Positions 9,104-18,945 are shown, counted from the stretch's first letter. The stretch is 64,000 nt of DNA from Alistipes sp. (GCA_022767745.1 JALENN010000008.1:33538-97537); one strand, 5' to 3'. A program made the numbers and translations. Notes: generated by a model not told the origin, from the sequence alone.

Positions 9104-9517
9104 ATGAAAGTTTCACACATTGAGCATCTTGGCATCGCTGTAAAGAGCCTTGACGAAGCAATTCCCTATTGGGAGAATGTTCTGGGTCTGAAGTGTTATG
9201 CCATCGAGGAGGTGGCCGACCAGAAGGTAAGAACCGCTTTCTTCATGTTGGGTCAGACGAAGATCGAGCTTCTGGAGCCTACGTCGGAGGATTCGACCAT
9301 CGCCAAGTATATCGAGAACCGCGGCATCGGTATCCACCACATGGCACTCGCATGCGAGAACATCGAGGAGCAGCTGGCCGACGCCGAGGCCAAGGGCCTG
9401 CGCCTTATCGACAAGACCCCCCGCGCTGGAGCCGAGGGCATGACCATCGCATTCCTGCACCCGAAGTCGACGCAGGGCATCCTGACCGAGTTGTGCGAGA
9501 ACAAGAACAAGAAATAA
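9104..9517 (+). CDS. mce: methylmalonyl-CoA epimerase
   Basis: IEHLGIAV, TKIELLEP, GIHHMAL, AFLHPKST.GILTELC (VOC fold). Confidence 0.96.
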   Translation: MKVSHIEHLGIAVKSLDEAIPYWENVLGLKCYAIEEVADQKVRTAFFMLGQTKIELLEPTSEDSTIAKYIENRGIGIHHMALACENIEEQLADAEAKGLRLIDKTPRAGAEGMTIAFLHPKSTQGILTELCENKNKK

Positions 9518-9543
9518 TCAAATAAATAAGCGTAAACAGTTCT

Positions 9544-11109
9544 ATGAGCGAAATTCAAAAACAACAGGTAGCGAATCTGATCGAGAACCGCGAAGTTGCC
9601 CGCATGGGTGGCGGTGAGAAAGCTATCGAGAAACAACATGCGAAGGGCAAGTACACGGCCCGCGAGCGTATTCACATGCTTCTGGACGAGGGAAGCTTCG
9701 AGGAGTTCGACATGTTCGTCACGCACCGCTGCTATGATTTCGGTATGGAGAAGAAGCATACCTTCGGCGATGGCGTGGTGACCGGTTACGGAACCATCGA
9801 CGGCCGTCTGGTATATGTGTTTGCACAGGACTTCACCGTAACGGCCGGCTCGCTGTCGATCTCGATGGCCGAGAAGATCTGCAAGGTGATGGACATGGCA
9901 ATGCGCAACGGTGCTCCCTGCATCGGTCTGAATGACTCGGGCGGCGCCCGTATCCAGGAGGGTGTAAACGCTCTGGCCGGCTATGCCAACATCTTCATGC
10001 GCAACGTGATGGCGTCGGGTATGATCCCGCAGATCTCGGCTATCTTCGGCCCCTGCGCCGGCGGTGCCGTATATTCGCCTGCACTGACCGACTTCATCAT
10101 CATGCGCCGCGAGACCTCGTACATGTTCCTCACTGGCCCGAAGGTCGTGAAGACCGTAACGGGCGAGGACGTTACGCAGGAGCAGCTGGGCGGTGCCACG
10201 ATGCACACCACCAAGAGCGGTGTGGCTCAGTTCGCCGTCGATACCGAGGAGGAGGGTATAGCCCTGATCCGCGACCTGCTGTCGTATATGCCTCAGAACA
10301 ACCTTGAGGCCGCTCCCGTCGTTCCCTGCACCGACGATATCGCCCGCAAGGAGGACATGCTCAACGAGATCATCCCCGATCACCCGAACAAGCCCTACGA
10401 CATGTATGACGTTATCCGCGGCATCGTGGACAACGGCGAGTATCTCGAGAGCGCCGCTTCGTTCGCCAAGAACATCATCACCTGCTTCGCCCGCTTCAAC
10501 GGCCAGAGCGTGGGTATCATCGCCAACCAGCCCAACTTCATGGCCGGTGTGCTCGATATCAACGCCAGCCGCAAGGCCGCACGTTTCGTGCGTTTCTGCG
10601 ACGCATTCAACATCCCCATCGTAACGCTGGTGGACGTTCCGGGCTTCCTGCCGGGTACGGGTCAGGAGTACGGCGGCGTGATCACGCACGGTGCCAAGCT
10701 GCTCTTCGCCTACTGCGAGGCTACGGTGCCCAAGGTTACGGTTACGCTGCGCAAGGCTTACGGCGGTGCATACATCGTCATGTCGTCGAAGCACATCCGC
10801 GGCGATATCAACTACGCATGGCCTACGGCCGAGATCGCCGTTATGGGTGCCAGCGGTGCTGTTGAGGTGCTCCACGCCAAGGAGCTGGCCGCCATCACCG
10901 ATCCCGAGGAGAAGGCGCAGTTCGTTGCAAAGCTCGAGCAGGAGTACAAGGACAAGTTCTCGAACCCCTACAACGCTGCCCGCTACGGTTACATCGACGA
11001 CGTCATCGAGCCGCGCAACACGCGTTTCCGCGTGATCCGCGCCCTGGAGTCGCTGCGTAACAAGCGTACGCACAATCCCAATAAGAAACACTGCAACATT
11101 CCGTTGTAA
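9544..11109 (+). CDS. mmdA: methylmalonyl-CoA decarboxylase carboxyltransferase (alpha) subunit
   Basis: [51 protein letters not shown]. Confidence 0.93.
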   Translation: MSEIQKQQVANLIENREVARMGGGEKAIEKQHAKGKYTARERIHMLLDEGSFEEFDMFVTHRCYDFGMEKKHTFGDGVVTGYGTIDGRLVYVFAQDFTVTAGSLSISMAEKICKVMDMAMRNGAPCIGLNDSGGARIQEGVNALAGYANIFMRNVMASGMIPQISAIFGPCAGGAVYSPALTDFIIMRRETSYMFLTGPKVVKTVTGEDVTQEQLGGATMHTTKSGVAQFAVDTEEEGIALIRDLLSYMPQNNLEAAPVVPCTDDIARKEDMLNEIIPDHPNKPYDMYDVIRGIVDNGEYLESAASFAKNIITCFARFNGQSVGIIANQPNFMAGVLDINASRKAARFVRFCDAFNIPIVTLVDVPGFLPGTGQEYGGVITHGAKLLFAYCEATVPKVTVTLRKAYGGAYIVMSSKHIRGDINYAWPTAEIAVMGASGAVEVLHAKELAAITDPEEKAQFVAKLEQEYKDKFSNPYNAARYGYIDDVIEPRNTRFRVIRALESLRNKRTHNPNKKHCNIPL

Positions 11110-11126
11110 TTTAACAGATTCCGATT

Positions 11127-11444
11127 ATGACAATGTTAGCGATAAACTGGGGAAACGCCCTGATCATCACGGTGATCGGTTTCTCGTTGGTGTTCGTTGT
11201 GCTGATGCTGCTCATCGGCGTGATCGTGGCCTTCGGCAAGATCTTCGCCCGCAAGTCGGCTCAGCCTCAGGTGGCGGCAGCGCCTGCCCCCGTTGCGGAT
11301 ACGCGCGACGAGGAGATGGCCGCCGTGGCTTTCGCCCTGCACCTGTACTACGACGTACACGACGAGGAGAGCGACGTGCTTACGTTCAGGCACGAGGATT
11401 CTCCCTATTGGCCCCTCAGCCAGGAAAATAATGTATCATTTTAA
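11127..11444 (+). CDS. mmdD: OadG-family decarboxylase gamma/delta subunit
   Basis: Single N-terminal TM helix, Ala/Pro linker, AAVAFALHLY..HDEES. Confidence 0.85.
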   Translation: MTMLAINWGNALIITVIGFSLVFVVLMLLIGVIVAFGKIFARKSAQPQVAAAPAPVADTRDEEMAAVAFALHLYYDVHDEESDVLTFRHEDSPYWPLSQENNVSF

Positions 11445-11455
11445 TTGAAACCAAG

Positions 11456-11887
11456 ATGCAAAAACTTAAATTCAGCATAAACGGAACCAAGTACGAGGCT
11501 ACGGTAGCGGAGAAGGAGCACAATGTGGCCGAAGTGGAACTCAACGGCAAGAAGTATGTCGTGGAGGTAGAGCGCGCCGAGAGCGTTGCCATGCCTCACC
11601 TGCCGACGCCCAAGCACGCTCCGGCAGCAGCTCCCGCGGCTGCGCCAGCAGCGGCTCCCAAGGCTGCGGTTTCGGCCAACTCGATCACCGCACCCCTGCC
11701 GGGCAGCATTATCTCTGTCAACGTCAAGGCCGGTGACGCCGTTAAGGCTGGCCAGACGCTTCTGATCATCGAGGCCATGAAGATGGAGAACGAAGTGATG
11801 GCTCCGACCGACGGTACGGTTAAGGCCGTGCATGTATCGGCAGGTCAGGCCGTACAGCAGGGCGATGCTCTGGTTGATTTGGCTTAA
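11456..11887 (+). CDS. mmdC: biotin carboxyl carrier subunit
   Basis: Pro/Ala linker, APLPG, EAMKMENE biotinylation site. Confidence 0.95.
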   Translation: MQKLKFSINGTKYEATVAEKEHNVAEVELNGKKYVVEVERAESVAMPHLPTPKHAPAAAPAAAPAAAPKAAVSANSITAPLPGSIISVNVKAGDAVKAGQTLLIIEAMKMENEVMAPTDGTVKAVHVSAGQAVQQGDALVDLA

Positions 11888-11906
11888 TCCGTAAACCTCG
11901 CTACAG

Positions 11907-13226
11907 ATGAAGAACATTAAGAAATACCTGTTTATGTTGCTGGCTGTGGCGGCAGTCGGACTTACCGTGCAGGCGTGGGGCTCGGCCTCGGTGCAGACGG
12001 ACGGTACGGTCGCTGTGACGCCGGCCACGGAACAGACGGCCGCCGATGCCGACATACAGATCGGCGAATCGCTGATGAACTTTGTGCAGAGCATGGGTTT
12101 TGTGGGCCTGATACAGGACTGGCGTTTCATCGTCATGCTTGTGATCGCCTGCGTGCTGGTCTATCTTGCCATAGTAAAGCAGTATGAGCCCCTGTTGCTG
12201 TTGCCCATAGCGTTCGGTATGATACTTACGAACCTGCCCGGTGCAGGCATGTACCACTCGGAGCTCTTTGCCGGCGGTCACGTGCACTGGCAGGGCTTCG
12301 ACTCTCTGGCCGGACTTGTGGACTACCTCTATCTGGGTGTCAAGCTCGGAATATACCCCTGCCTGATCTTCGTGGGTGTGGGTGCCATGACCGACTTCGG
12401 TCCCCTGATCGCCAACCCCAAGAGCCTCCTGCTCGGTGCGGCTGCGCAGCTGGGTATCTTCGCCACCTATCTTGGTGCCACGGCTCTGGGCTTCACGCCT
12501 GCCGAGGCTGCCTCGACGGGTATCATCGGCGGTGCCGACGGTCCCACGGCCATCTACCTCACCTCGAAGCTGGCTCCCCACCTTCTCGGCCCCATCGCCG
12601 TTGCCGCTTACTCGTACATGGCACTGGTGCCGGTGATCCAGCCTCCCATCATGAAGGCCCTCACCACGAAGGAGGAGCGTAAGATCGTGATGAAGCAGCT
12701 GCGTCCCGTGTCGAAGACCGAGAAGATACTCTTCCCGATCGTGCTTACGATTATCATCTCGCTGCTGCTGCCTTCGGCTGCGCCTCTGATCGGCTGCCTC
12801 ATGCTGGGTAACCTGATGAAGGAGTGCGGTGTGGTTGAGCGTCTGAGCAAGACCGTTCAGAACGAGCTGATGAACATCGTTACCATCTTCCTCGGTATCT
12901 CGGTAGGTGCTACGGCTACGGCCGATGCATTCCTTAACTGGCAGACGCTGGGTATCCTCGTGCTGGGTGTTACGGCATTCTGCCTCGGTACCGCAGGCGG
13001 TGTGATCCTGGCCAAGATAATCAACCTCTTCAGCAAGGAGAAGATCAACCCGCTGATCGGTTCTGCAGGCGTGTCGGCCGTGCCTATGGCTGCGCGCGTA
13101 TCGCAGAAGGTCGGTCAGTCGGAGAACCCTGCAAACTTCCTGCTCATGCACGCCATGGGTCCGAATGTGGCCGGTGTGATCGGTTCGGCTGTTGCTGCCG
13201 GTATCCTGCTGTCGTTCCTCGGATAG
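11907..13226 (+). CDS. mmdB: Na+-translocating decarboxylase beta subunit
   Basis: [69 protein letters not shown]. Confidence 0.96.
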   Translation: MKNIKKYLFMLLAVAAVGLTVQAWGSASVQTDGTVAVTPATEQTAADADIQIGESLMNFVQSMGFVGLIQDWRFIVMLVIACVLVYLAIVKQYEPLLLLPIAFGMILTNLPGAGMYHSELFAGGHVHWQGFDSLAGLVDYLYLGVKLGIYPCLIFVGVGAMTDFGPLIANPKSLLLGAAAQLGIFATYLGATALGFTPAEAASTGIIGGADGPTAIYLTSKLAPHLLGPIAVAAYSYMALVPVIQPPIMKALTTKEERKIVMKQLRPVSKTEKILFPIVLTIIISLLLPSAAPLIGCLMLGNLMKECGVVERLSKTVQNELMNIVTIFLGISVGATATADAFLNWQTLGILVLGVTAFCLGTAGGVILAKIINLFSKEKINPLIGSAGVSAVPMAARVSQKVGQSENPANFLLMHAMGPNVAGVIGSAVAAGILLSFLG

Positions 13227-13245
13227 TGTGAACACTGCATATTGC

Positions 13246-13282
13246 GAAAGGCCCGACCTGTCAAGGTCGGGCCTTCGTTTTT
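13246..13282. terminator. intrinsic terminator shared by mmdB and the convergent lipoprotein gene
   Basis: AAGGCCCGACCT-gtca-AGGTCGGGCCTT then CGTTTTT. Confidence 0.85.
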
Positions 13283-13303
13283 GTGCGGCTGTGGTGCCGT
13301 GCG

Positions 13304-14077
13304 TTACTGCTGGGCGGTGTCGATGCTGCGGACGGTTATGTCGGTGGAGTCGATAACCGAACCTATGGCTTCGGCCACGTGGTGTGATATCGTGGCAGGC
13401 TCGGTGGAAGAGAACTTTACGAACGAGGCCGTGGCTGCGACCGTGCCGTCTTCGCCGGGGCTGTATGTGACCATGACGCTGTATGCGGCGCGGTAGGCAT
13501 ATAGATATATTACCGTGTGGCCGGGAGCGTTGCAGCGGAAGGTCTCGTCTACCTGCAGTATGGCCGCTGCGGAGAGCGTTTGCGCTCCGTCGAGGGCATT
13601 CAGCATCGAGGGTATTGAGCGTATTGCCTTCTCGCGGATATATCCGCGGACAAAGTCGGTGGTGTCGGCGGCGAATCCTGATCCGTCGATGACGAATATC
13701 TCCTCGGGCGAGGTGTAGTCTGCGGCGGCGATGAGTTCGATTTGGTCGAGTATGGGTTGTGACGAGGTCGCCGTGGAGATGTACTCATTGCTGCGTGCGA
13801 GGTTGTTCATTCGGGAGATAAGCTCAAGTCCCTTTGCGGCCAGCATCGTCTCTGCGTCGGGGGTGTCACTGCCGTCGGTTACATATATGGCTGTGGGGCC
13901 GTCTGCTCCGCCTATAATGCCTATATTGGCATCATTTTCATCCGATACGGTTATCTCCGTCGGGCCATCTGCCGACCCGATTGTCTGGGGTGCGTTCGCG
14001 TTGCCGCAGGCAGTAAGGACAGCCGTGCCGAAGGCCGTGGCGGCGAAGAGTGCCGCCGGAATGTGGTTCCGTTTCAT
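13304..14077 (-). CDS. hypothetical lipoprotein with two GGADGPT-like motifs
   Basis: Lipobox LTA-C24; IGSADGPTEI and [15 protein letters not shown] in the N-terminal region; about 185-aa unrecognised C-terminal domain. Confidence 0.8.
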   Translation of the reverse strand: MKRNHIPAALFAATAFGTAVLTACGNANAPQTIGSADGPTEITVSDENDANIGIIGGADGPTAIYVTDGSDTPDAETMLAAKGLELISRMNNLARSNEYISTATSSQPILDQIELIAAADYTSPEEIFVIDGSGFAADTTDFVRGYIREKAIRSIPSMLNALDGAQTLSAAAILQVDETFRCNAPGHTVIYLYAYRAAYSVMVTYSPGEDGTVAATASFVKFSSTEPATISHHVAEAIGSVIDSTDITVRSIDTAQQ

Positions 14078-14173
14078 GGTGCGGGTAGTTTAAGGGTTGT
14101 TCCGTTGTGGAATGCAAGGTACGAATAAATTGGTTGAAAAGCAACCGCGCCGTCGTGCAGCGGCAGATACAAT

Positions 14174-14202
14174 GGCGGCCTTACCATTTCGGTAAGGCCG
14201 CC
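14174..14202. terminator. 12-bp hairpin downstream of malic enzyme gene
   Basis: GGCGGCCTTACC-atttc-GGTAAGGCCGCC; weak U-tract on the minus strand. Confidence 0.5.
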
Positions 14203-14237
14203 TTGCTTGTCTTTATGTATGAAAGTTTTGTTTGGGC

Positions 14238-15467
14238 TTATTCCGCCTTGGGAGCCACGCCCGACTCGATTGCGGCCTTGGCTACGGCTGCGGGGATGAT
14301 TTCGCGCAGACGCGGGTCGAAAGGCGACGGGATGATGTAGTCGGGGCCGAAGGCCAGGTCGTCGCGGCCGAGGAGCTGGCGCACCTGCTGCGGAACCTCC
14401 TCGCGGGCGAGCTGTGCTATGGCGTGCGCTGCGGCGATCTTCATCTGGTCGTTTATGCGGCGCGCATGCGAGTCGAGTGCCCCGCGGAACATGTAGGGGA
14501 AGCAGAGCAGGTTGTTCACCTGGTTGGGTGTGTCGGAACGTCCCGATGCGTATATTACGTCGTTGCGTGCCGAGAGAGCCTCGTCGCGCGTGATCTCGGG
14601 GTCAGGGTTGGCCAGGGCGAGGATCACGGGGTTGGGTGCCATCGTGCGTATCATCTCGGCCGACAGTACGCCGGGCTTCGATACGCCGAGGAATACGTCG
14701 GCATCGACCATGGCGTCGGCCAGCGATGCGAGGTGGCGCGAGGTGGCGAACTCGCGTTTCTCGGCCGTGAGGTCCTGACGCTCGGCCGTGACGACGCCGC
14801 GGCTGTCGCAGAGGACGATGTTCTCGCGCTTGAGTCCCAGCTGCATGAACATGCGCACGGCGGCGATGGCTGCGGCTCCTGCACCGCTCACCACGACGCG
14901 CAGTTCGGTGAGCTCCTTGCCGGTGCATATTGCGGCGTTGATCATGGCGGCCGAAATTATGATGGCCGTGCCGTGCTGGTCGTCATGCATGACGGGTATG
15001 TCGAGGGCCTCGACCAGACGGCGCTCTATCTCGAAGCATTCGGGTGCCTTGATATCCTCGAGGTTGATGCCACCGAAGGTGGGGGCTATGCGCCGTACGC
15101 ACTCGACGAACTGGTCGGGCGTCGAGGCGTCAACCTCGATGTCGAAGGCGTCGATGCCGGCCATGGCCTTGAACAGGAGACATTTGCCCTCCATGACGGG
15201 CTTTGCGGCCAGGGGGCCGATGTTGCCCAGTCCGAGAACGGCCGTGCCGTTGCTGATTACGGCGACCAGGTTGCCGCGTCCCGTGTAGTCGTAGCTGCGG
15301 GCGGGGTCGGCGGCTATGGCGAGCGACGGCGCCGCTACGCCGGGCGAGTAGGCCAGCGACAGGTCGTATTGTGTTGCATGGGGTTTGGTGGGGCGTATCT
15401 CGATCTTCCCCGGGTGTCCCTCGGTGTGATACCGGAGAGCCTCGGCGTATAACTGTTCCTTGGTCAT
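14238..15467 (-). CDS. maeB: NAD(P)-dependent malic enzyme (MaeB-type domain, no PTA domain)
   Basis: DLSLAYSPGVA, KPVMEGK, GGINLEDIKAPECF, MHDDQHGTAII, GAGAAA, ALANPDPEI, NQVNN. Confidence 0.9.
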   Translation of the reverse strand: MTKEQLYAEALRYHTEGHPGKIEIRPTKPHATQYDLSLAYSPGVAAPSLAIAADPARSYDYTGRGNLVAVISNGTAVLGLGNIGPLAAKPVMEGKCLLFKAMAGIDAFDIEVDASTPDQFVECVRRIAPTFGGINLEDIKAPECFEIERRLVEALDIPVMHDDQHGTAIIISAAMINAAICTGKELTELRVVVSGAGAAAIAAVRMFMQLGLKRENIVLCDSRGVVTAERQDLTAEKREFATSRHLASLADAMVDADVFLGVSKPGVLSAEMIRTMAPNPVILALANPDPEITRDEALSARNDVIYASGRSDTPNQVNNLLCFPYMFRGALDSHARRINDQMKIAAAHAIAQLAREEVPQQVRQLLGRDDLAFGPDYIIPSPFDPRLREIIPAAVAKAAIESGVAPKAE

Positions 15468-16197
15468 GATACTTTGTCGTTAATGGTTAGCTCTTATCGT
15501 CGTTTGTCAGGTACAAAGTTAGTGAAATTTCTTAATAATGTGCATTTATATACCGCTAATTTGGCATTTTTGTGCATAAAAATTATAGTTTGCATTTCTC
15601 GCCAACACTCTGCGCCGCCGATGCGGCTTGTCGGAAGCGGGTAGCGCAGCCTCGGTGATGATAGCGATGCCGATATATGGTGGCCCATGTGTTGGTCGGG
15701 TTGGTGCATTGGAGTATGATAGGGGCGGCGTTATAAATATTTTGCCCGTATGCGGTTTTTTGTATTTGTCGCGCCCGTTCTGCCGCTTGCGTCCGGGCGG
15801 CGGCTGTCGCTGTTCCCGTAATGAGTGTGCCTTGATTCGACAGTATGTTTAGGGAGTCAGGGTGTGACGGATTGTAAATGCAAGGTTAAATTAGTGTGAA
15901 TTTTTATGCGTGAAGGACGTTTTGCCCCCACAGGCGTGTGCAATGTGCATATATGGGTTAAGGATTGTCGCCACCGGCCCGCGAGATGGGGCCGAATGTT
16001 GGCGTCGGAAGACTCCGTGCGGGGCTGTGTGACGCACACGCGGGGTGTGGCAACGGTAGAACGGTCGGTTGCGGGAAGTATGCTTATATATTATAAGTAA
16101 TGCGGGGAGAAAATGACGGCTTGAGGTCTCTGTTTTGATTTTGTAGATACATAAAACGGCGTTTTGTGCGGTTTTGTGGCGGTTTTTGGCTCGATTG

Positions 16198-16229
16198 TTT
16201 GGTGGTTAAAGATTTTTATCATATACTTG
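16198..16229 (+). promoter_or_regulatory. promoter for thr leader/thrBC
   Basis: TTTG 16198-16201 and TATACTTG 16222-16229 (one mismatch to TAnnTTTG), 20-nt spacing. Confidence 0.5.
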
Positions 16230-16249
16230 CATTCGCAAAAGCAAACCAA

Positions 16250-16423
16250 ATGCGACAGCATGTAATTATGGGTTTTTGGAATGACATAACGAACGGCCGC
16301 TGCGCGACGATTATGGTCGCCGCTGCCGTCGTTGTCATTTCTACGATTACCATTATTGCTGTCGGTACGGGTATCGGTACCGGTACCACCCCTGTGGGGG
16401 TACGAGTTCATATTTGCCGATAG
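16250..16423 (+). CDS. candidate Thr/Ile/Val-rich leader peptide (57 aa)
   Basis: MRQHVIMGFWNDITNGRCATIMVAAAVVVISTITIIAVGTGIGTGTTPVGVRVHICR; 8 Thr, 9 Ile, 9 Val; directly upstream of thrBC. Confidence 0.55.
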   Translation: MRQHVIMGFWNDITNGRCATIMVAAAVVVISTITIIAVGTGIGTGTTPVGVRVHICR

Positions 16424-16576
16424 AGGCGCGTCGAGTCTGCGCCGTTCCGCCCAGGTTGCGGAGAGTCGGATCTTCGGTTTCACAAAATCACAATTTACAA
16501 ATCACGCCCGCCGCATGCCGTATGGTGTTGCCGTATGCGTGCGGCGCGGCAAAAAACGAATGATGCAATGAATGCA

Positions 16577-17518
16577 ATGAAAGAGATACGAGTATTCGCT
16601 CCCGCCTCGGTGGCCAATATGGGATGCGGATTCGACATAATGGGAATGACGCTCGATGCCGTGGGCGATGTGTTGAAGGTGGAGGCTGTGGCCGGCGACG
16701 GTGTCGAGGACGGCATACGGATCGAGAACCGCAGTGCGGCCGACCTGCCCGAGGACCCCGAGCGCAATGTCATTACGCCCGCCCTGCGGGCCTTTATGGC
16801 GCTCTACGGCGTACCCATGTCGGTGAAGGTGACCGTCGAGCACAAGATCACGCCGGGCAGCGGCATAGGTTCGAGTGCTGCCTCGTCGGCTGCGGCGGTC
16901 TACGGGCTTAACGAGTTGCTGGGCCGTCCCTTCTCGGACGAGCAACTGGTGAAGTTTGCCATGGAGGGCGAAAAACTCATCAGCGGCGGCACGCCCCATG
17001 CCGACAACGTCGGCCCTTCGCTGCTGGGCGGCGTTGTGCTGCTGCGCGGGTATGAGCCGCTGGATGTGGTGCGGCTGCCCGTGCCGGAGCGGTTCTGCTG
17101 TACGGTGGCGCACCCGGGAATAGTCGTCAGCACGCGCGAGGCGCGGGCGGTACTGCCGCACGAGATACCGCTGCGCAGCGCCGTCAGCCAGTGGGGTAAT
17201 GTGGGCGGTCTGGTCGCGGGCCTCATGTCGGGCGACGTCGAGCTTGTGGGGCGCTCGATGCGCGACGTGGTGGCGGAGCCACACCGCAAGCGATTCATTC
17301 CGGGCTTCGACGAGTTGCGCGATGCCGTAATTGCGGCCGGGGCGTTGGCCATGAACATATCGGGTGCCGGGCCTTCGGTCTTTGCCCTCTCGTCGGACAT
17401 GGAGACGGCGGCACGCGTTGGCGAGGTGATGAAGAGCCACTTTGCCGGGCGGGGAATCTCGTCGGACATATATGTTTCGAAGGTGTCGAACCGCGGAGCC
17501 CGTGTGTTGAACGATTAA
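16577..17518 (+). CDS. thrB: homoserine kinase
   Basis: APASVANMGCGFD, PGSGIGSSAASS, HADNVGPS, ISGAGPS. Confidence 0.95.
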   Translation: MKEIRVFAPASVANMGCGFDIMGMTLDAVGDVLKVEAVAGDGVEDGIRIENRSAADLPEDPERNVITPALRAFMALYGVPMSVKVTVEHKITPGSGIGSSAASSAAAVYGLNELLGRPFSDEQLVKFAMEGEKLISGGTPHADNVGPSLLGGVVLLRGYEPLDVVRLPVPERFCCTVAHPGIVVSTREARAVLPHEIPLRSAVSQWGNVGGLVAGLMSGDVELVGRSMRDVVAEPHRKRFIPGFDELRDAVIAAGALAMNISGAGPSVFALSSDMETAARVGEVMKSHFAGRGISSDIYVSKVSNRGARVLND

Positions 17519-17534
17519 TGAGGAGGACTGAACT

Positions 17535-18824
17535 ATGAAATATTACAGCACAAGAGATACCGGCCGCCGCAGCCCCTGCGGGTTGGACGAGGCGGCATTC
17601 ATGGGGCTGGCGCCCGACGGTGGCCTGTTTGTACCCGAGCGTATCCCGCAGGTGGATATGGAGCGGGTGGCGCAGCTGGCGGAGCGTTCCTATGCAGATA
17701 TGGCGGCTTATGTGGCGGCTGCGATTATGGACGACATGGATCCCGACATGCTGCGTGGCGCCGTGCATGCGGCCTATGACTTCCCGATCAGCCTGCACGA
17801 GGTGGGTGACGGCCTCTATACGTTGGAGCTTTTCCACGGGCCGACCTTCGCCTTCAAGGATTTCGGGGCGCGGTTCATGGGACGCGTGGCGGGTCTGCTC
17901 AACGGCGGGCGGCAGCTTACCGTGCTGGCGGCAACATCGGGCGACACGGGCAGCGCCGTGGCGCACGGCTTCAGCGGCGTCGAGGGCGTGCGCGTGGTGA
18001 TACTCTACCCCGAGGGCAAGGTGAGCCCGCTGCAGGAGGCGCAGATGACAACGCTCGGCGGCAATATCCACCCGTTGCGTGTCGACGGTACCTTCGACGA
18101 CTGCCAGCGGCTTGTGAAGGAGATGTTCCGTGACGAGGCGCTGCGCCGTCGGGTGCGGATCACGTCGGCCAACTCGATCAACCTGCTGCGGTGGCTGCCG
18201 CAGTCGTTCTACTACTTCTACGGGTGGGCGGCATGGCGCCGCGCGACGGGGTGCGACGAGCCCGACGTGGTGGTTCCGAGCGGCAATTACGGCAACCTGG
18301 CGGCGGGAATGCTGGCGCGGCGCATGGGGTTGCCCGTGCGGAGGTTCGTTGCCGCGTCGAATGCCAACGACGTGGTGCCCGAGTTCCTGCGTACGGGAGT
18401 CTACCGTCCGCGGCCGTCGGTGCGGACCGTGGCCAACGCCATGGATGTGGGCGCGCCGAGCAACTTCGAGCGCATGTTGTGGCTCTGCGGCGGTGATCCG
18501 GAGGCTTTGCGGCGCGAGCTGTGCGGCTTCTCGTGCGGTGACGACGATATATTGTCGCTGATGGGGGAGATGCATGCCCGCTACGGCTATCTCTCCGATC
18601 CGCACAGTGCCGTTGGCTACGGTGCGGCCAGGGCGCTGGGCGCGGACGGCTTCTGGCTCTCGACGGCGCATGCCGCAAAATTCGGCGATGCGGTACGCTG
18701 CGCAACGGGCGCCGAGGCTCCGCTGCCTCCCGCACTCGAAGCGATGATGCGCCGCGAACGCCACAGCCGTCCGATGGCGGCCGATGCCGTGGCGTTGAGG
18801 GAGTTCTTGATGTCGCTGGGGTGA
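17535..18824 (+). CDS. thrC: threonine synthase
   Basis: ELFHGPTFAFKDFG, ATSGDTGSA, SANSIN, VPSGNYGN, DPHSAVG. Confidence 0.95.
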   Translation: MKYYSTRDTGRRSPCGLDEAAFMGLAPDGGLFVPERIPQVDMERVAQLAERSYADMAAYVAAAIMDDMDPDMLRGAVHAAYDFPISLHEVGDGLYTLELFHGPTFAFKDFGARFMGRVAGLLNGGRQLTVLAATSGDTGSAVAHGFSGVEGVRVVILYPEGKVSPLQEAQMTTLGGNIHPLRVDGTFDDCQRLVKEMFRDEALRRRVRITSANSINLLRWLPQSFYYFYGWAAWRRATGCDEPDVVVPSGNYGNLAAGMLARRMGLPVRRFVAASNANDVVPEFLRTGVYRPRPSVRTVANAMDVGAPSNFERMLWLCGGDPEALRRELCGFSCGDDDILSLMGEMHARYGYLSDPHSAVGYGAARALGADGFWLSTAHAAKFGDAVRCATGAEAPLPPALEAMMRRERHSRPMAADAVALREFLMSLG

Positions 18825-18937
18825 TCCGCAGCGTCGCATGTCGGCCAACCGTACGCGCGGGTGCGTCATGGCGGGCGATTTATTCGCTTTATTTGCAATA
18901 TTTTTAGCAGATGGATGGTTGTGTGAAAAAATATTGC

Positions 18938-18945
18938 TATCTTTG
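18938..18945 (+). promoter_or_regulatory. -7 promoter element for rplM operon
   Basis: TATCTTTG 56 nt upstream of rplM ATG. Confidence 0.65.

Noticed and set aside
11620-11670. Repeats in mmdC (PAAAPAAAP)
   Set aside because: Ordinary Pro/Ala linker of biotin carrier proteins
15590-15883. TTGCATTT/AAATGCAA inverted pair as an invertible-promoter boundary
   Set aside because: Only 8 bp, does not extend, and no recombinase nearby
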